DNA from: a phage
Sequence record: OZ336093.1
Reading direction: 5' to 3' (one strand)
DNA length: 64,000 nucleotides
Part shown: positions 1 to 10,338 of the stretch, piece after piece
Layout of the letters: the number at the start of each line of letters is the position of its first letter
Position numbering within the stretch: position 1 is the stretch's first letter
Notes under the pieces: model-generated
The model's input: only the letters and a program-made list of their open reading frames with translations
What the model was told of the DNA's origin: nothing
The model's database searches: none
Position numbers and translations under genes: made by a program

Positions 1-363
1 AGCATACGGTAAAGCATTGACAAGGATACCTGCACCACCAATTACAAAGACATCTTCATCAATAGAGCTATCAAGATACTTCAAAAATGCTCCAAATGAC
101 TCTTTACTGGCTTTAGCATACATTACATCATCTTTGCCAAAGTCTATGCCTAAGTATGGTACAGAATTTGTTAAGATGAGGTTTGCACGTTCTGGTAAAG
201 GTTTACTACCCAGAGTCTTAAAAGTCTCATTACCCATGACTACTAAGTTATTTTTAGTGAGTCTCTTAAACTCTTGCATGTCCTGTTTATGTCGAGGCCA
301 CGGCATACCAGTCGGTGTACCAAATTCACCGTTTTCACCACTTGCAAAGATTAATTTAATCAT
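1..363 (-). CDS. frd: dihydrofolate reductase (partial; 3' end lies beyond window start)
   Basis: reverse translation begins MIKLIFASGENGEFGTPTGMPWPRHKQDM..., classic DHFR N-terminal GxxGxxxxMPW motif; start ATG at 361-363. Confidence 0.8.
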   Translation of the reverse strand, partial: MIKLIFASGENGEFGTPTGMPWPRHKQDMQEFKRLTKNNLVVMGNETFKTLGSKPLPERANLILTNSVPYLGIDFGKDDVMYAKASKESFGAFLKYLDSSIDEDVFVIGGAGILVNALPYA

Positions 364-620
364 TTTGTAAATCCTTTCTTAATGAACCAGTTGATAACAT
401 TCTTCACAGCTTTATTGCTATGGTAGATTAAGTGTGGTGCAGGTTGGTATGAACCATAAGCCCAGAAAGCAATGATTTCATTACACCCTGTACACCTTGT
501 ACTCTCTTCAGCGATATGACCGTTGACTATTTCACTTACCTCACCTTGCAAGTCTGTACATCCACAATGTGGACATCGGATAGGTGTTCCATCAGACTCA
601 TAGCAGTGTTCAATTTTCAT
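360..620 (-). CDS. hypothetical Cys-rich (zinc-ribbon-like) protein
   Basis: 86 aa ORF with CPHCGC...CTGC motifs, tightly packed in same-strand gene block. Confidence 0.5.
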   Translation of the reverse strand: MKIEHCYESDGTPIRCPHCGCTDLQGEVSEIVNGHIAEESTRCTGCNEIIAFWAYGSYQPAPHLIYHSNKAVKNVINWFIKKGFTK

Positions 621-1136
621 TTATTTAACCTCAAAAACTGGCTCAAGAACCAATATAAAGTCTACACAGTCATCTTCTTCATCCAGAATACCATCAAAGT
701 TCTTAGGAACGAAGTCGAAGAGGCTCATAACAAAACAGTCAGAAGTGACCCTGATAGTTCCTCCCATGTTCTCTACAGTTAACACTGTGCGACTTTCTTT
801 TACCTCCCTCAGAAGATTACTCACAAAGTCATCTAAGAAGTACTTCATCAATGACTTAAAACCTTTAGGGTAGTCTGTACCAGAGTATGTTTCAATCTGA
901 GGGACAAGCTTAACATTTATGCTAGTCTTTGTTAAGAACGTACTAGAGAACATACTGTCAGGTAGTTTACAAACAATCTTTCCAGTACCTTCATGTTCAA
1001 TCTCAACAAAACCAGCTTCATCGCCACATGTAACTATTTTAAAAGATGCTTCATTCTCACCCTGTGAAGCCATAAACTTTTTAAGCATCTCTTTAAGGAA
1101 ATCTGCATGAGCATCTTGTAAGTAGACATCAATCAT
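621..1136 (-). CDS. hypothetical protein
   Basis: 171 aa ORF, abuts neighbours on same strand. Confidence 0.55.
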   Translation of the reverse strand: MIDVYLQDAHADFLKEMLKKFMASQGENEASFKIVTCGDEAGFVEIEHEGTGKIVCKLPDSMFSSTFLTKTSINVKLVPQIETYSGTDYPKGFKSLMKYFLDDFVSNLLREVKESRTVLTVENMGGTIRVTSDCFVMSLFDFVPKNFDGILDEEDDCVDFILVLEPVFEVK

Positions 1137-1149
1137 AGTTAATCACCTA

Positions 1150-1509
1150 TTATGGGAACAGACACTTAATGTCATCGTTTTTGAAAACAAAACTTGTGTA
1201 GTTGTGACCATCAACATCCAACCAAACAGCCTGAACATCTACACCATCAAGATTCTGGTAAAGCTCTTTGATGAAGTGGTCTTTCACAATCTGACTGCTA
1301 GTTGTTTCCAGCTTAATGTTCGAGATTGCTGAACCTACAGCCATATAGCCCATGACACGTTTCTTCTCAGTATGCTTAATCTTACCATCTTTGTAAGCCA
1401 TAATGAGATTGGAGAGAATCTTCACACCATAATACTTTTCAAGGTGAGTGGGTACGCCATAAAAACCTAATGCGAAGTTTTCAGAGTGGATAATGTTTTC
1501 ACGTTTCAT
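1150..1509 (-). CDS. hypothetical protein
   Basis: 119 aa ORF in operon-like packing. Confidence 0.55.
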   Translation of the reverse strand: MKRENIIHSENFALGFYGVPTHLEKYYGVKILSNLIMAYKDGKIKHTEKKRVMGYMAVGSAISNIKLETTSSQIVKDHFIKELYQNLDGVDVQAVWLDVDGHNYTSFVFKNDDIKCLFP

Positions 1510-1510
1510 A

Positions 1511-1810
1511 TTAATCTGCCAACCTTAAATTAAAATTAACACCAAATTTTTCACATACTTCCAACATATACTCAAGGGAGACATTACCAGTGAGATGAAT
1601 TATGTTGGACACACGAGCCTGAGAGATACCACAAATTTTAGCAACTTGCTCTTGAGAAAGACCTCTGGATTTAATCTCTCTCTTAAAACGATGTGCAACG
1701 AAATCTCTCATTTCGTATACATCCATTGGACAAATATAACTCTCCATTTCAGCCTCTCTATCAGCCTCCCAATCATCTTGTGGGGCATAAGGGTCAAAAA
1801 CCTCATTCAT
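1511..1810 (-). CDS. helix-turn-helix DNA-binding protein (XRE-like)
   Basis: C-terminal motif LSQEQVAKICGISQARVSNI typical of HTH; start chosen at internal Met (alternative 1840). Confidence 0.5.
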   Translation of the reverse strand: MNEVFDPYAPQDDWEADREAEMESYICPMDVYEMRDFVAHRFKREIKSRGLSQEQVAKICGISQARVSNIIHLTGNVSLEYMLEVCEKFGVNFNLRLAD

Positions 1811-2015
1811 CTTTCTTCTTCCGTTTGCGTGAAGTATCAATCAACGAATCTATGTTTGTAGCTCTAACCTTTTCACGTTCATCGTTAAGATAATCATCAA
1901 GAGCCTTTTCAATCTGTGAATCATCTTGACAGATGACTGTAAAGACTGTAAAGCCGTCTGTATCATCAATTATCTTACCATAACCGCTTCTGGGATGTAA
2001 CTTTTTAAGAGCCAT
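1803..2015 (-). CDS. hypothetical small protein
   Basis: 70 aa ORF with basic C-terminus, small overlap with downstream gene. Confidence 0.35.
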   Translation of the reverse strand: MALKKLHPRSGYGKIIDDTDGFTVFTVICQDDSQIEKALDDYLNDEREKVRATNIDSLIDTSRKRKKKDE

Positions 2016-2016
2016 A

Positions 2017-2400
2017 TCAAATACCTGTGCAGCTTCTGTTTTCTAAGAAATACTCAACACCATACATAGCTTTTTGCATCAAATCTTCTTTAAACTGGAT
2101 ACGGTGGTTGAGCATCGCCTGTACATCAATATCATCATGGTGTTTCTCTTTAATGTTTGCAGATTGCAGGAAATACTCTGCAAGAACACGATATTGATAG
2201 TCAGTTACCTTATCAGTCATCTCTGTCAAAGACTCTTCAGAGATTGGTTTAAGTAACTCACCATTAGCTAGAGCAATACCTTTTACAATCTGGCAAGTGT
2301 CTTCTGGAACACCTGATAAGTCCACATTTGGAAGTTCTGTTGCATTGACTGGTAAATTCATTGCCATAACCATTGCAGCAGCTAATAAAATCTTTTTCAT
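2017..2400 (-). CDS. secreted/periplasmic protein with N-terminal signal peptide
   Basis: N-terminus MKKILLAAAMVMAMNLPVNA is signal-peptide-like. Confidence 0.55.
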   Translation of the reverse strand: MKKILLAAAMVMAMNLPVNATELPNVDLSGVPEDTCQIVKGIALANGELLKPISEESLTEMTDKVTDYQYRVLAEYFLQSANIKEKHHDDIDVQAMLNHRIQFKEDLMQKAMYGVEYFLENRSCTGI

Positions 2401-2594
2401 AATGACCTCAAAGTTATATTAAATTTTGTATTACGTTGAGTATAAAAATAAGCTATAACACCTGACTTGTCAACAGATTTTATAGCTTATTTGGCAGATT
2501 TTTTATAAGGCTACTGCCATCCTTCCATACCATACCACACCAAACCACACCATACCGAACCACACCCTACCAAACCCGACCAAACCCGACCGAG

Positions 2595-2633
2595 CATCAC
2601 TTAAAAATCCTCTTAGAAGACTCTTAAGTGATG
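2595..2633. repeat. inverted repeat CATCACTTAA-N19-TTAAGTGATG (copy 1 of 3)
   Basis: perfect 10 bp arms; related copies at 3986-4046 and 4160-4199. Confidence 0.7.
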
Positions 2634-2744
2634 TAATCGAATTTTTATGTAGCTCCGATTAACTACCCGCACTTTACCAAACCTCACCCTACCCTACCAG
2701 ACCTTACCTAACCGCGCCGTACCTCATTAAAAGACCCTCTTAAA

Positions 2745-2778
2745 GACCTTTTAAAAAGGAGCCTCCGAAGAGGCTACC
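2745..2778 (-). terminator. rho-independent terminator
   Basis: minus strand reads GGTAGCCTCTTCGGAGGCTCC followed by TTTTT, directly downstream of the 2787-3227 gene. Confidence 0.6.
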
Positions 2779-2786
2779 TAGTCAAC

Positions 2787-3227
2787 TTAGAAAGGTTTTC
2801 TACGTTGCTTGTTAATGTTAGCTTTCATAGCAGCTAAATGGTTTTGCTGTTCAATCAGTCGTGAGCGTTCTTGATGGCTAAGTGCCATAGTGTTCACATT
2901 CTCAATCGCTTGAGTGGCTTGCTTTAAAGCACGACCAATCTTACCAGACATTTTACGTTTTGCAATAGTTGCTTGATGTTTAGGTTCAACCACACGATAG
3001 CCAACACCCATTGAAGCAACCAGATAAATCTTCTCTTCTTTAAGAAGCTTTTCAATAAACTTCTCAAGTCGGTTTAGTCGTGTAAGTGCATAAGCCTTCA
3101 TTTCATCTTCGTACTTAACAATGTCACCTTGATAAGTTGGCTTCACAATACCTAAGAAGGTGTCCATCTCAGAATGTGATACAGTGTCACCGTAACTGAA
3201 CTTTGCTGCTAATGCTTTTGTATTCAT
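2787..3227 (-). CDS. hypothetical protein
   Basis: 146 aa ORF; first gene of a two-gene cassette bracketed by repeat-rich spacers. Confidence 0.5.
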   Translation of the reverse strand: MNTKALAAKFSYGDTVSHSEMDTFLGIVKPTYQGDIVKYEDEMKAYALTRLNRLEKFIEKLLKEEKIYLVASMGVGYRVVEPKHQATIAKRKMSGKIGRALKQATQAIENVNTMALSHQERSRLIEQQNHLAAMKANINKQRRKPF

Positions 3228-3229
3228 AA

Positions 3230-3835
<606 letters not shown>

Positions 3836-3985
3836 TTAGTTTATTGTTAAGTTGTTTGTAAAGAACCCTCAACAGAAGACTCTTTAGAAACTTGGTAGAT
3901 TTTTAACGTGGCTACTACCATCCACCCACACTTTACCATACCTCACCGCGCCTTACCCGACCGGGCTGCACCTTGCCTTGCCAAA

Positions 3986-4046
3986 CATCACTTAAAAACC
4001 CTATGAGATAACCTATCGAGTATAATTTAAAGGCTCTTAAGTGATG
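3986..4046. repeat. inverted repeat CATCACTTAA...TTAAGTGATG (copy 2, longer loop)
   Basis: same 10 bp arms as 2595-2633. Confidence 0.65.
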
Positions 4047-4159
4047 CAATCGAATTTTAATGTAGCTCCGATTAACTACCCATACCCTACTTTGCCTTGC
4101 CGTACTGTACTTTACCCGACCATACCGGACAATACTTAACCCGACCTCGCCCTACCGGA

Positions 4160-4199
4160 CATCACTTAAAAACCCTCTTAGAAAGACTCTTAAGTGATG
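4160..4199. repeat. inverted repeat CATCACTTAA...TTAAGTGATG (copy 3)
   Basis: near-identical to 2595-2633 including loop CCTCTTAGAA(A)GACTC. Confidence 0.7.
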
Positions 4200-4414
4200 C
4201 TGGTGAGTACCCGTTGGTTTATGCTGCTCAGTATACTCACCAAATTTTCTATGTCAACAACTTTTTATAAAAAAGTTCTGATAGCTATATGTGTCACGAA
4301 ACAAAAGATTGTAAACAAGACACCCATTGCAAAAGATGTGTCCAAAAGCTTACTTGCAACGTATGACAATACAAAGACAACCAGTATAAACAGAATGACT
4401 GTACTGAACATAGT

Positions 4415-5515
4415 TTATTCATAATCCCTAATAACTATCCCTACAGGAAACTGTAAAGAACCCTTACGAGTCATCTTCTGGAACTGAACAGTTAAAGGTT
4501 TCCCGATAAACTCTTCAGGATGTTCAGCAAGATACTGTTTCTTCTCATGAGTAGTCTTCCATGAGACATCTACAAAGACATTAGGAAGAGTCTCTACAAC
4601 GAACTTGCCATGACCACGTTTATCGGTCTTTACACCAGTCACTTTAAACTCTTCAGTGTGCATCTTCTTGTGCTTAATCAAGAAGTATGAACGGTGACCA
4701 CACTCGTAGAAAGATTCTTCAGAGATTGAGCGGTACATTGCACCTTCAAACTTAGCTTCAACCCACTTATCATGAGCTTCATCAAACTCTTCCCAAGAAT
4801 TTACACGGATAGTCTGCACAGGAACAACTCTACAGGTATCCCCAAGCTCAACAATGGGTGAGTTATCAATAACTTCACGACGCTCAGGCCAAGATTTTGA
4901 ATTGTCACAGATATCATACCAGTAGAATTTAAGAAGGTGACGGTCTGGATTGTCAGCATTCTTAATCATAGATACAATATCTTCTAAGTCCCAACCATGA
5001 GCATAAATCTCTCCATCAAAGTCTTCAACTTGCGGGTGTAATTTAAGCAACAAAAGCAAATCTGGGATTAGTTCTGCTGGAACGTTGTAAACAGTATTCT
5101 CACGAGAATAAGCCGTGAAACTAACTGAATCATCATCTCTTGAAATTCTACAACGTACACCATCCAGTTTTGGTTGAGCATCAGCAGGGAACTTCAGATA
5201 CTTTGCGTGACTAACCTTTGCAGCATCATGAGCAAGCTGTACGCCTACCTTCTCAGTATTCTGTGCAGACTCTTTTGTGTAAGCATAACCTTTACGGTCA
5301 ACTTGCTTTTTATACTTAGCAGCAACTTCAAAGAGAGCTTGCTGTTCAGCATTACGCTCATTCTTTTTACCGATGTTCTTAGGCTCTGCTGTGTACTCTT
5401 CAAACATCATCTTGCCATTTTCTTTACCATAGGTTGTGATAACTTTGTCACCTACAGCAACACATGACCAGACGTTGAAGGAACCATCTTTATTTTGTTT
5501 GTACAGAATTGTCAT
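4415..5515 (-). CDS. ATP-dependent DNA ligase
   Basis: adenylation motif KLDGVRC (KxDG), DGEIY and EGAMYRS motifs, LIKHKK; start at internal Met with GAGG RBS (alternative 5551). Confidence 0.85.
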   Translation of the reverse strand: MTILYKQNKDGSFNVWSCVAVGDKVITTYGKENGKMMFEEYTAEPKNIGKKNERNAEQQALFEVAAKYKKQVDRKGYAYTKESAQNTEKVGVQLAHDAAKVSHAKYLKFPADAQPKLDGVRCRISRDDDSVSFTAYSRENTVYNVPAELIPDLLLLLKLHPQVEDFDGEIYAHGWDLEDIVSMIKNADNPDRHLLKFYWYDICDNSKSWPERREVIDNSPIVELGDTCRVVPVQTIRVNSWEEFDEAHDKWVEAKFEGAMYRSISEESFYECGHRSYFLIKHKKMHTEEFKVTGVKTDKRGHGKFVVETLPNVFVDVSWKTTHEKKQYLAEHPEEFIGKPLTVQFQKMTRKGSLQFPVGIVIRDYE

Positions 5516-5708
5516 TTTTAACCTCTGAGTGATACCAAGTGTTGCAAGCATTACATGCGTAAAGCTCTAAGTCGTTTTTATCTGGTTTATGGAAACAGTT
5601 TGACCCACAACGACACCGGAATAACTTACCATCAACACGAAGAATGAATGTTTCAAGCTCACCATCTTCTGTAAGAACTGCGTTCTTAAATTTATTATCT
5701 TTACCCAT
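5490..5708 (-). CDS. hypothetical zinc-ribbon protein
   Basis: 72 aa, CRCGSNC...CNACN motifs. Confidence 0.45.
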   Translation of the reverse strand: MGKDNKFKNAVLTEDGELETFILRVDGKLFRCRCGSNCFHKPDKNDLELYACNACNTWYHSEVKNDNSVQTK

Positions 5709-5864
5709 TTGTACTCTCGCCTGTGTCAGATTTTATATAAGACCTCTCACTACGTCTTTTAATGAAATGTACAACGCATTTTGGTGTATTTTTTACATCT
5801 TTAATGTGCAACCTTTCGAAACTGTGTACTGTGAAGATTGCATCTGTCATTGTTTGCTTAGATT

Positions 5865-6071
5865 TCATTTTCTCTTACCACCAATTTCCACGTCGATAAC
5901 TTGAACATCACCAGCAACATCAAACTTATGAATGATGCTTTCCACAGTGTAAGTCCAACCATCAATGCGAACAAGCTCACCTTCTCGTGGAACTATTGGA
6001 TTGCGTTGAGCTACAGTTGTAGTGGAGTGAACAACATCATAACGATAGATATAGTTTACTAATACTTCCAT
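5865..6071 (-). CDS. hypothetical small protein
   Basis: ORF truncated to internal Met preceded by GAGTGAGG RBS, to avoid overlap with upstream lipoprotein gene. Confidence 0.4.
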   Translation of the reverse strand: MEVLVNYIYRYDVVHSTTTVAQRNPIVPREGELVRIDGWTYTVESIIHKFDVAGDVQVIDVEIGGKRK

Positions 6072-6081
6072 CGTAAAAACC

Positions 6082-6339
6082 TCACTCAATAACCGTGGTA
6101 TGTGATTGACCATTTTTGCCATAGCTATAAGATGTTGTTGTTTGAGAGTTTGGGCATCTGACAACAACAATATCTCTGCTTATAGCATCACCATTGAGTT
6201 TGTAGATTTTGCAGTCTTGCATCTCTGGAGGGAGGCTGTAAGAAGCATCTTTGTTTTCATAAGATGGGTTGCAGCCAGCCAGAAAAATTACTCCAAGTGC
6301 AACCATTGCTTTCACACAACTCTTAACCTTATTGTTCAC
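6082..6339 (-). CDS. putative lipoprotein
   Basis: signal peptide with lipobox-like FLAGC (MNNKVKSCVKAMVALGVIFLAGC). Confidence 0.6.
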   Translation of the reverse strand: MNNKVKSCVKAMVALGVIFLAGCNPSYENKDASYSLPPEMQDCKIYKLNGDAISRDIVVVRCPNSQTTTSYSYGKNGQSHTTVIE

Positions 6340-6471
6340 GATAGTCTACCTCTCTGTATGTTTTTAAATAGTGAGTGATGAGTTCTGGTAATTCACTACG
6401 TTTAACGTTTGAACGAAGAAGTGTCCAGTCAAAACCTTTACCAACCCTTCCCCAGAGACTGTACATCTTCT

Positions 6472-6705
6472 TCATAGCAACTCCAGAATATCAATACGTT
6501 CACCTTTGAGTACTCCAGTACGGTCTTTTGCAATCTTACCGTCAACGATAAGGATGTGTGTAGACCTTAAAGCGTCGTTGTTAAAGGTTTTTACGAACTT
6601 GCTAGGCATGACTACAATGGACATCTCCTGAATTAACTCTGGAGTGTAGCAGTTATCATGAAGTTGCTGAATAACGTCTGCAAGTGTCATTTTTGATGTC
6701 TCCAA
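6472..6705 (-). CDS. hypothetical protein
   Basis: 77 aa ORF. Confidence 0.45.
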   Translation of the reverse strand: METSKMTLADVIQQLHDNCYTPELIQEMSIVVMPSKFVKTFNNDALRSTHILIVDGKIAKDRTGVLKGERIDILELL

Positions 6706-6902
6706 TATTCAATGTCAATAAGCTCTTGTGCAATGCTTTTCAGATTACCTTTCAAGAAAACCTTCTCAGAACCTGAAAGAGATGAATTATCAATTAGCCT
6801 GTTCATTCTCTCAAACAACTTCTGCTTACGATTCTTGATGGTTTCCTTTGAAGCACCTTTCATCATTGCTGCATGGGTTCTTCCACGGTGGCTCATAATC
6901 AC
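6687..6902 (-). CDS. hypothetical protein
   Basis: 71 aa ORF. Confidence 0.4.
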   Translation of the reverse strand: MIMSHRGRTHAAMMKGASKETIKNRKQKLFERMNRLIDNSSLSGSEKVFLKGNLKSIAQELIDIEYWRHQK

Positions 6903-6957
6903 TCCTATATAAGATATAGTATAAGGTACTCTTCCATGAGCACCTTGTCAATACTAA

Positions 6958-9657
6958 TTAGTGAACCTCAAGCCAGCTTTTACCAACCTTACCAGTACCT
7001 ATAACAAGTGTTTCTTTCTTAAGACCTAAGTTTTTAGAAGCTTGTCCATAATACCAGTCAGTAACTGCTTTCACTTCTGCCGTCATACTTTCTGGACATT
7101 CCCAACTTGTTTCATCGTGATATGCGCAGAGCAAACGAGCACCAATAGCTGGTTGACGACCATTCAACTTCATCAAACCTTCGTCAATCATACGACGACA
7201 AGCAAGGTTAATTGCCTCATTTTGAATCTGAGCCTCTGAACCCATCAAAAGATAGTTCAACAGTTTGTGTGGAGATTTACACCACAACCAAGCTCCAGCA
7301 ACCTTTACAAAACCCCCTTTAGAGATTGCAGCAGTCTTACCAAACACCTCTTCAAGTGCCTTCTTAGTTGCTTTGTAGTCAGCTTCCAAGTTATCTAGCA
7401 ACTTCTTAATTTTAGGCAAACGCACAAAGTAAGTCTGTTTAGTTAATGCACCTTCCTGAGTAGTGGCTGCCTTAATAGTTTTAGCAAACTTTTCATCACC
7501 TGCACCGAACAGTAGTGCATAGATACCATTCTTAGCTTTCTTACGACCTTTGCTAATCTCATGAAGAAGATTCTCATCCTGAGTAGCTCGACAAGTCAAG
7601 ATATCCTGCTCATCATTCAAGCTAAAGTAAATACTGTTCAGTGTATGTGCATCAGTCCCTGAATAGACAACGTACAGGTCATTCTCAGAGTCATAGCGAA
7701 GGTACTTATCAATCTCTGGGTTTAGGTACTCATCAAAATGTTTGCAGTAATAGCGTCCATCTTCTTGACGAATAAACTCAATCTCTTCTTTACCTTGCGT
7801 TACCGCTTTGGTGAAGTCTTTGTCACCCATAAAGTTACAAAGGAGAACTAGCTGAGCTGAGTTCATGTCTACAGAGACAACATTAGTACCTTCTTCACAA
7901 ATCCACACTGCCCTCATTGGTTCCCCATAGACGGCAGCACCAGACGGTACGTTTACAATACCATATTGTGTCATACGTCCAGTTGAAGTACCAAATACCA
8001 TTGCACCAGCACTAAGGCGACCATCAGGACGAATCTGGTTCAACCAACCTTTTTCATCATCCTTTGAGTTCTCAATAGTTCTGCGTCTGTGCATCAAAGT
8101 GTAGTACTTAGCAATCTTCTGTCCAAGCTCACCTTCAATCGTATCATAAGATGATTCAGTAAGTTTTGGTGAAGTACGGATTAAGCAAGGCTCAAGCAAA
8201 TCTGTGTATTTCTTCACAGACCAGTTATGCTCAATGTACTGTACACCTTCATGCTCAACATAGCTCAAACCACACCGCTCAATCATTTCCTGCCACTTAG
8301 GATGTTTTGTAATCATCTTTTTATTGTCTTTGAAACGACAAACTTTGACAGGGCGACCATCTGAGTCTTTCTTGTAGTTCCAGTCATCTGGAATCCAACC
8401 AACTGATTTCAAGTAGTCTTTAACAACTGCTACCTGAGTCATACGAGAAACTTCAAACTCAATTGGTGTATATGGTGCATCAATCAAACCTGTGTAGCGA
8501 CTTGACTCAAGTTCAAAGTGGTTAACAACGTGACTGTTATAGTACTTCACAGTTTTGACTGTTTTTACTGGCTTCCAGTCTTTGCATTTCTTGCCAATCT
8601 TTGCATTCAACTCATTGCAAATTGCACGAGCATCCTTCATTGCTACAAAACCTTCCTTGTACTCTTCACCAGTTACAGAGTTGGTTGGTGTATAGCAATT
8701 TCTCTTTTCAATGTTGAAAATCTTTGTAGTTGGCTTACCAAATGGCTTGATTTCATATGTCTGCATCTCACCGTTACGTACCTGCTGACGATACTTTGTC
8801 TTAGGGTACTTGGTAATTCTCTTCAGTCCATCTGCATGACCGAATGTTTCAACATACTCATTCCAAGCTTTTGCAAACTCTTCTCCAGTGACTTTACCTT
8901 TGGTCTTAATAGTTGGAGGTAGATGTGGTTCAACCTCTGAAGCAAGTTCATTAGTCAATTTGTCAAGCTCCTTTACATGGAACTCCATAAGCTCCTTATC
9001 AGCTTTCCAACCATTGATAGCTTGTTGGCTCATCCAGAAAGATGTCTCTTTAGCTCGCATGTAAGTTTCATAAGTGTCTATACCACACTTCTTAAGCTTG
9101 AGATACTCGTTATCAAGTGCCCGTTTAGTTTTGGCGTTAATACGGATATCTTCTACAACACGAGTGAAGATTTCTGCATTCCATACACCCCAATGCTCAA
9201 TCTCTGGTTTACGAACACCAACACGAGCACCCCATGCAGCCAAACCATGAGCACCTTTATAACCCTTTGGAGTTGGTCTATCCATCCACTGAACACGAGA
9301 CTGAATAAGAGAATCCTGAAAGAAATTACTCCACGGCTTACATTTTGGATTATCAAAGTTCCATAAATCCGGTGCAATGTGATTGAAGACCCACCAGTCA
9401 TAACCGAGGCCGTTATGGATACAAAGTCGTTTTGCCTTTAACGCAAACTCAACACCTTCACGTAAACCACCCTTAATGTACTTAGTGTACTTGTGACCGA
9501 GGATAGGCTCATCTGTAAAGACCCATACAGGTGGCTCTTCATCGTCAGATTTATAGTCTGCAAAGGCCATTACGTGAACTTTAGTGAACTCAAGGAGTAA
9601 ACCATCAGTTTCTGTATCACCAACCAAATGTAAGTTTTTAAAATCTACGTTTTCCAT
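6958..9657 (-). CDS. DNA polymerase, family A (PolI-like) with 3'-5' exonuclease domain
   Basis: Exo I motif VGDTETDG near N-terminus; motif A-like VDMNSAQLVLL, motif B-like LLFGAGDEKFAK, motif C YHDE; start at Met with AGAGGGAG RBS. Confidence 0.85.
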   Translation of the reverse strand: MENVDFKNLHLVGDTETDGLLLEFTKVHVMAFADYKSDDEEPPVWVFTDEPILGHKYTKYIKGGLREGVEFALKAKRLCIHNGLGYDWWVFNHIAPDLWNFDNPKCKPWSNFFQDSLIQSRVQWMDRPTPKGYKGAHGLAAWGARVGVRKPEIEHWGVWNAEIFTRVVEDIRINAKTKRALDNEYLKLKKCGIDTYETYMRAKETSFWMSQQAINGWKADKELMEFHVKELDKLTNELASEVEPHLPPTIKTKGKVTGEEFAKAWNEYVETFGHADGLKRITKYPKTKYRQQVRNGEMQTYEIKPFGKPTTKIFNIEKRNCYTPTNSVTGEEYKEGFVAMKDARAICNELNAKIGKKCKDWKPVKTVKTVKYYNSHVVNHFELESSRYTGLIDAPYTPIEFEVSRMTQVAVVKDYLKSVGWIPDDWNYKKDSDGRPVKVCRFKDNKKMITKHPKWQEMIERCGLSYVEHEGVQYIEHNWSVKKYTDLLEPCLIRTSPKLTESSYDTIEGELGQKIAKYYTLMHRRRTIENSKDDEKGWLNQIRPDGRLSAGAMVFGTSTGRMTQYGIVNVPSGAAVYGEPMRAVWICEEGTNVVSVDMNSAQLVLLCNFMGDKDFTKAVTQGKEEIEFIRQEDGRYYCKHFDEYLNPEIDKYLRYDSENDLYVVYSGTDAHTLNSIYFSLNDEQDILTCRATQDENLLHEISKGRKKAKNGIYALLFGAGDEKFAKTIKAATTQEGALTKQTYFVRLPKIKKLLDNLEADYKATKKALEEVFGKTAAISKGGFVKVAGAWLWCKSPHKLLNYLLMGSEAQIQNEAINLACRRMIDEGLMKLNGRQPAIGARLLCAYHDETSWECPESMTAEVKAVTDWYYGQASKNLGLKKETLVIGTGKVGKSWLEVH

Positions 9658-9716
9658 TTTTACTCCCTCTAAAATCATTAACCCCATACATTACTGCAAA
9701 AAATTATAAAAAGCAA

Positions 9717-9750
9717 GTTGACAATACACTTGACAAGGTGTTAATCTTTG
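9717..9750 (+). promoter_or_regulatory. candidate promoter region (tandem TTGACA boxes) in divergent intergenic region
   Basis: TTGACAATACACTTGACAAGGTG; motif CTTGACAAGGTG recurs at 24992 and 56236. Confidence 0.4.
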
Positions 9751-9855
9751 CGAAGTGGGTTTTTACTTAAAAGGTTACTTAACAGTTTAACTATACAGAT
9801 ACTTTAAAACTCTTAAAAGATTATTTAATAGCTTTTAAAAAGCTTTAAAGTATAA

Positions 9856-9872
9856 CGTATAGAATACGTTAA
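9856..9872. promoter_or_regulatory. palindromic operator-like site AACGTATAGAATACGTT
   Basis: perfect 7 bp inverted repeat with 3 bp spacer, 40 bp upstream of first plus-strand gene. Confidence 0.4.
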
Positions 9873-9914
9873 GATAAAAGATTAAAACTTAATAGTTACT
9901 TAAAAGAGGCTTAC

Positions 9915-10337
9915 ATGCAGAAAATGTTTGTTCACCCAGACATAGCTGACTTTGTTAGAGCTTTGCAGAAGTTGGAAGAACTTGACATTGCTGCTCAACG
10001 GGAATATGCTCACCATCACAGGAGAATGGTTGATATACAACATGAAATAGAGTTGTCTGAAAACTATGAAGATGACTTAAAATGCTCTGTATTTGAGCAT
10101 ATGAAAGATGTTGCTACAGCGAGACGTAAAGCTAAAGACACAGTTGCTTTACTAGATTCTCTTAAAAAGATGTTGCAAAGTGGTACAGACCTGTGTAATC
10201 TAGCGTCACTGATTAACGATGTTGAAACTTCTTGGGATAGGCACTATTATCCACGTTCTGAAAAGACACTTGACTTTTCTTCATCTGAAAACTTAAAATG
10301 TTCTAGAAAGAAACTTAACCAACTGAGAGAGAAATAA
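9915..10337 (+). CDS. hypothetical protein
   Basis: 140 aa ORF at head of long plus-strand block. Confidence 0.5.
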   Translation: MQKMFVHPDIADFVRALQKLEELDIAAQREYAHHHRRMVDIQHEIELSENYEDDLKCSVFEHMKDVATARRKAKDTVALLDSLKKMLQSGTDLCNLASLINDVETSWDRHYYPRSEKTLDFSSSENLKCSRKKLNQLREK

Positions 10338-10338
10338 T

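Noticed and set aside
17-370. 117 aa plus-strand ORF at the window start
   Set aside because: Lies antisense to the DHFR reading frame, which has clear family motifs; no RBS
4194-4424. 76 aa plus-strand ORF downstream of the ligase gene
   Set aside because: Opposite orientation inside a minus-strand block and overlaps the repeat hairpin; kept as possible only
8518-9366. Plus-strand ORFs of 129-134 aa inside the polymerase gene
   Set aside because: Antisense to a motif-supported large gene
6958-9657. Naming the polymerase as a specific T5 gene
   Set aside because: Only family A motifs can be supported from sequence; the taxonomic assignment is a guess
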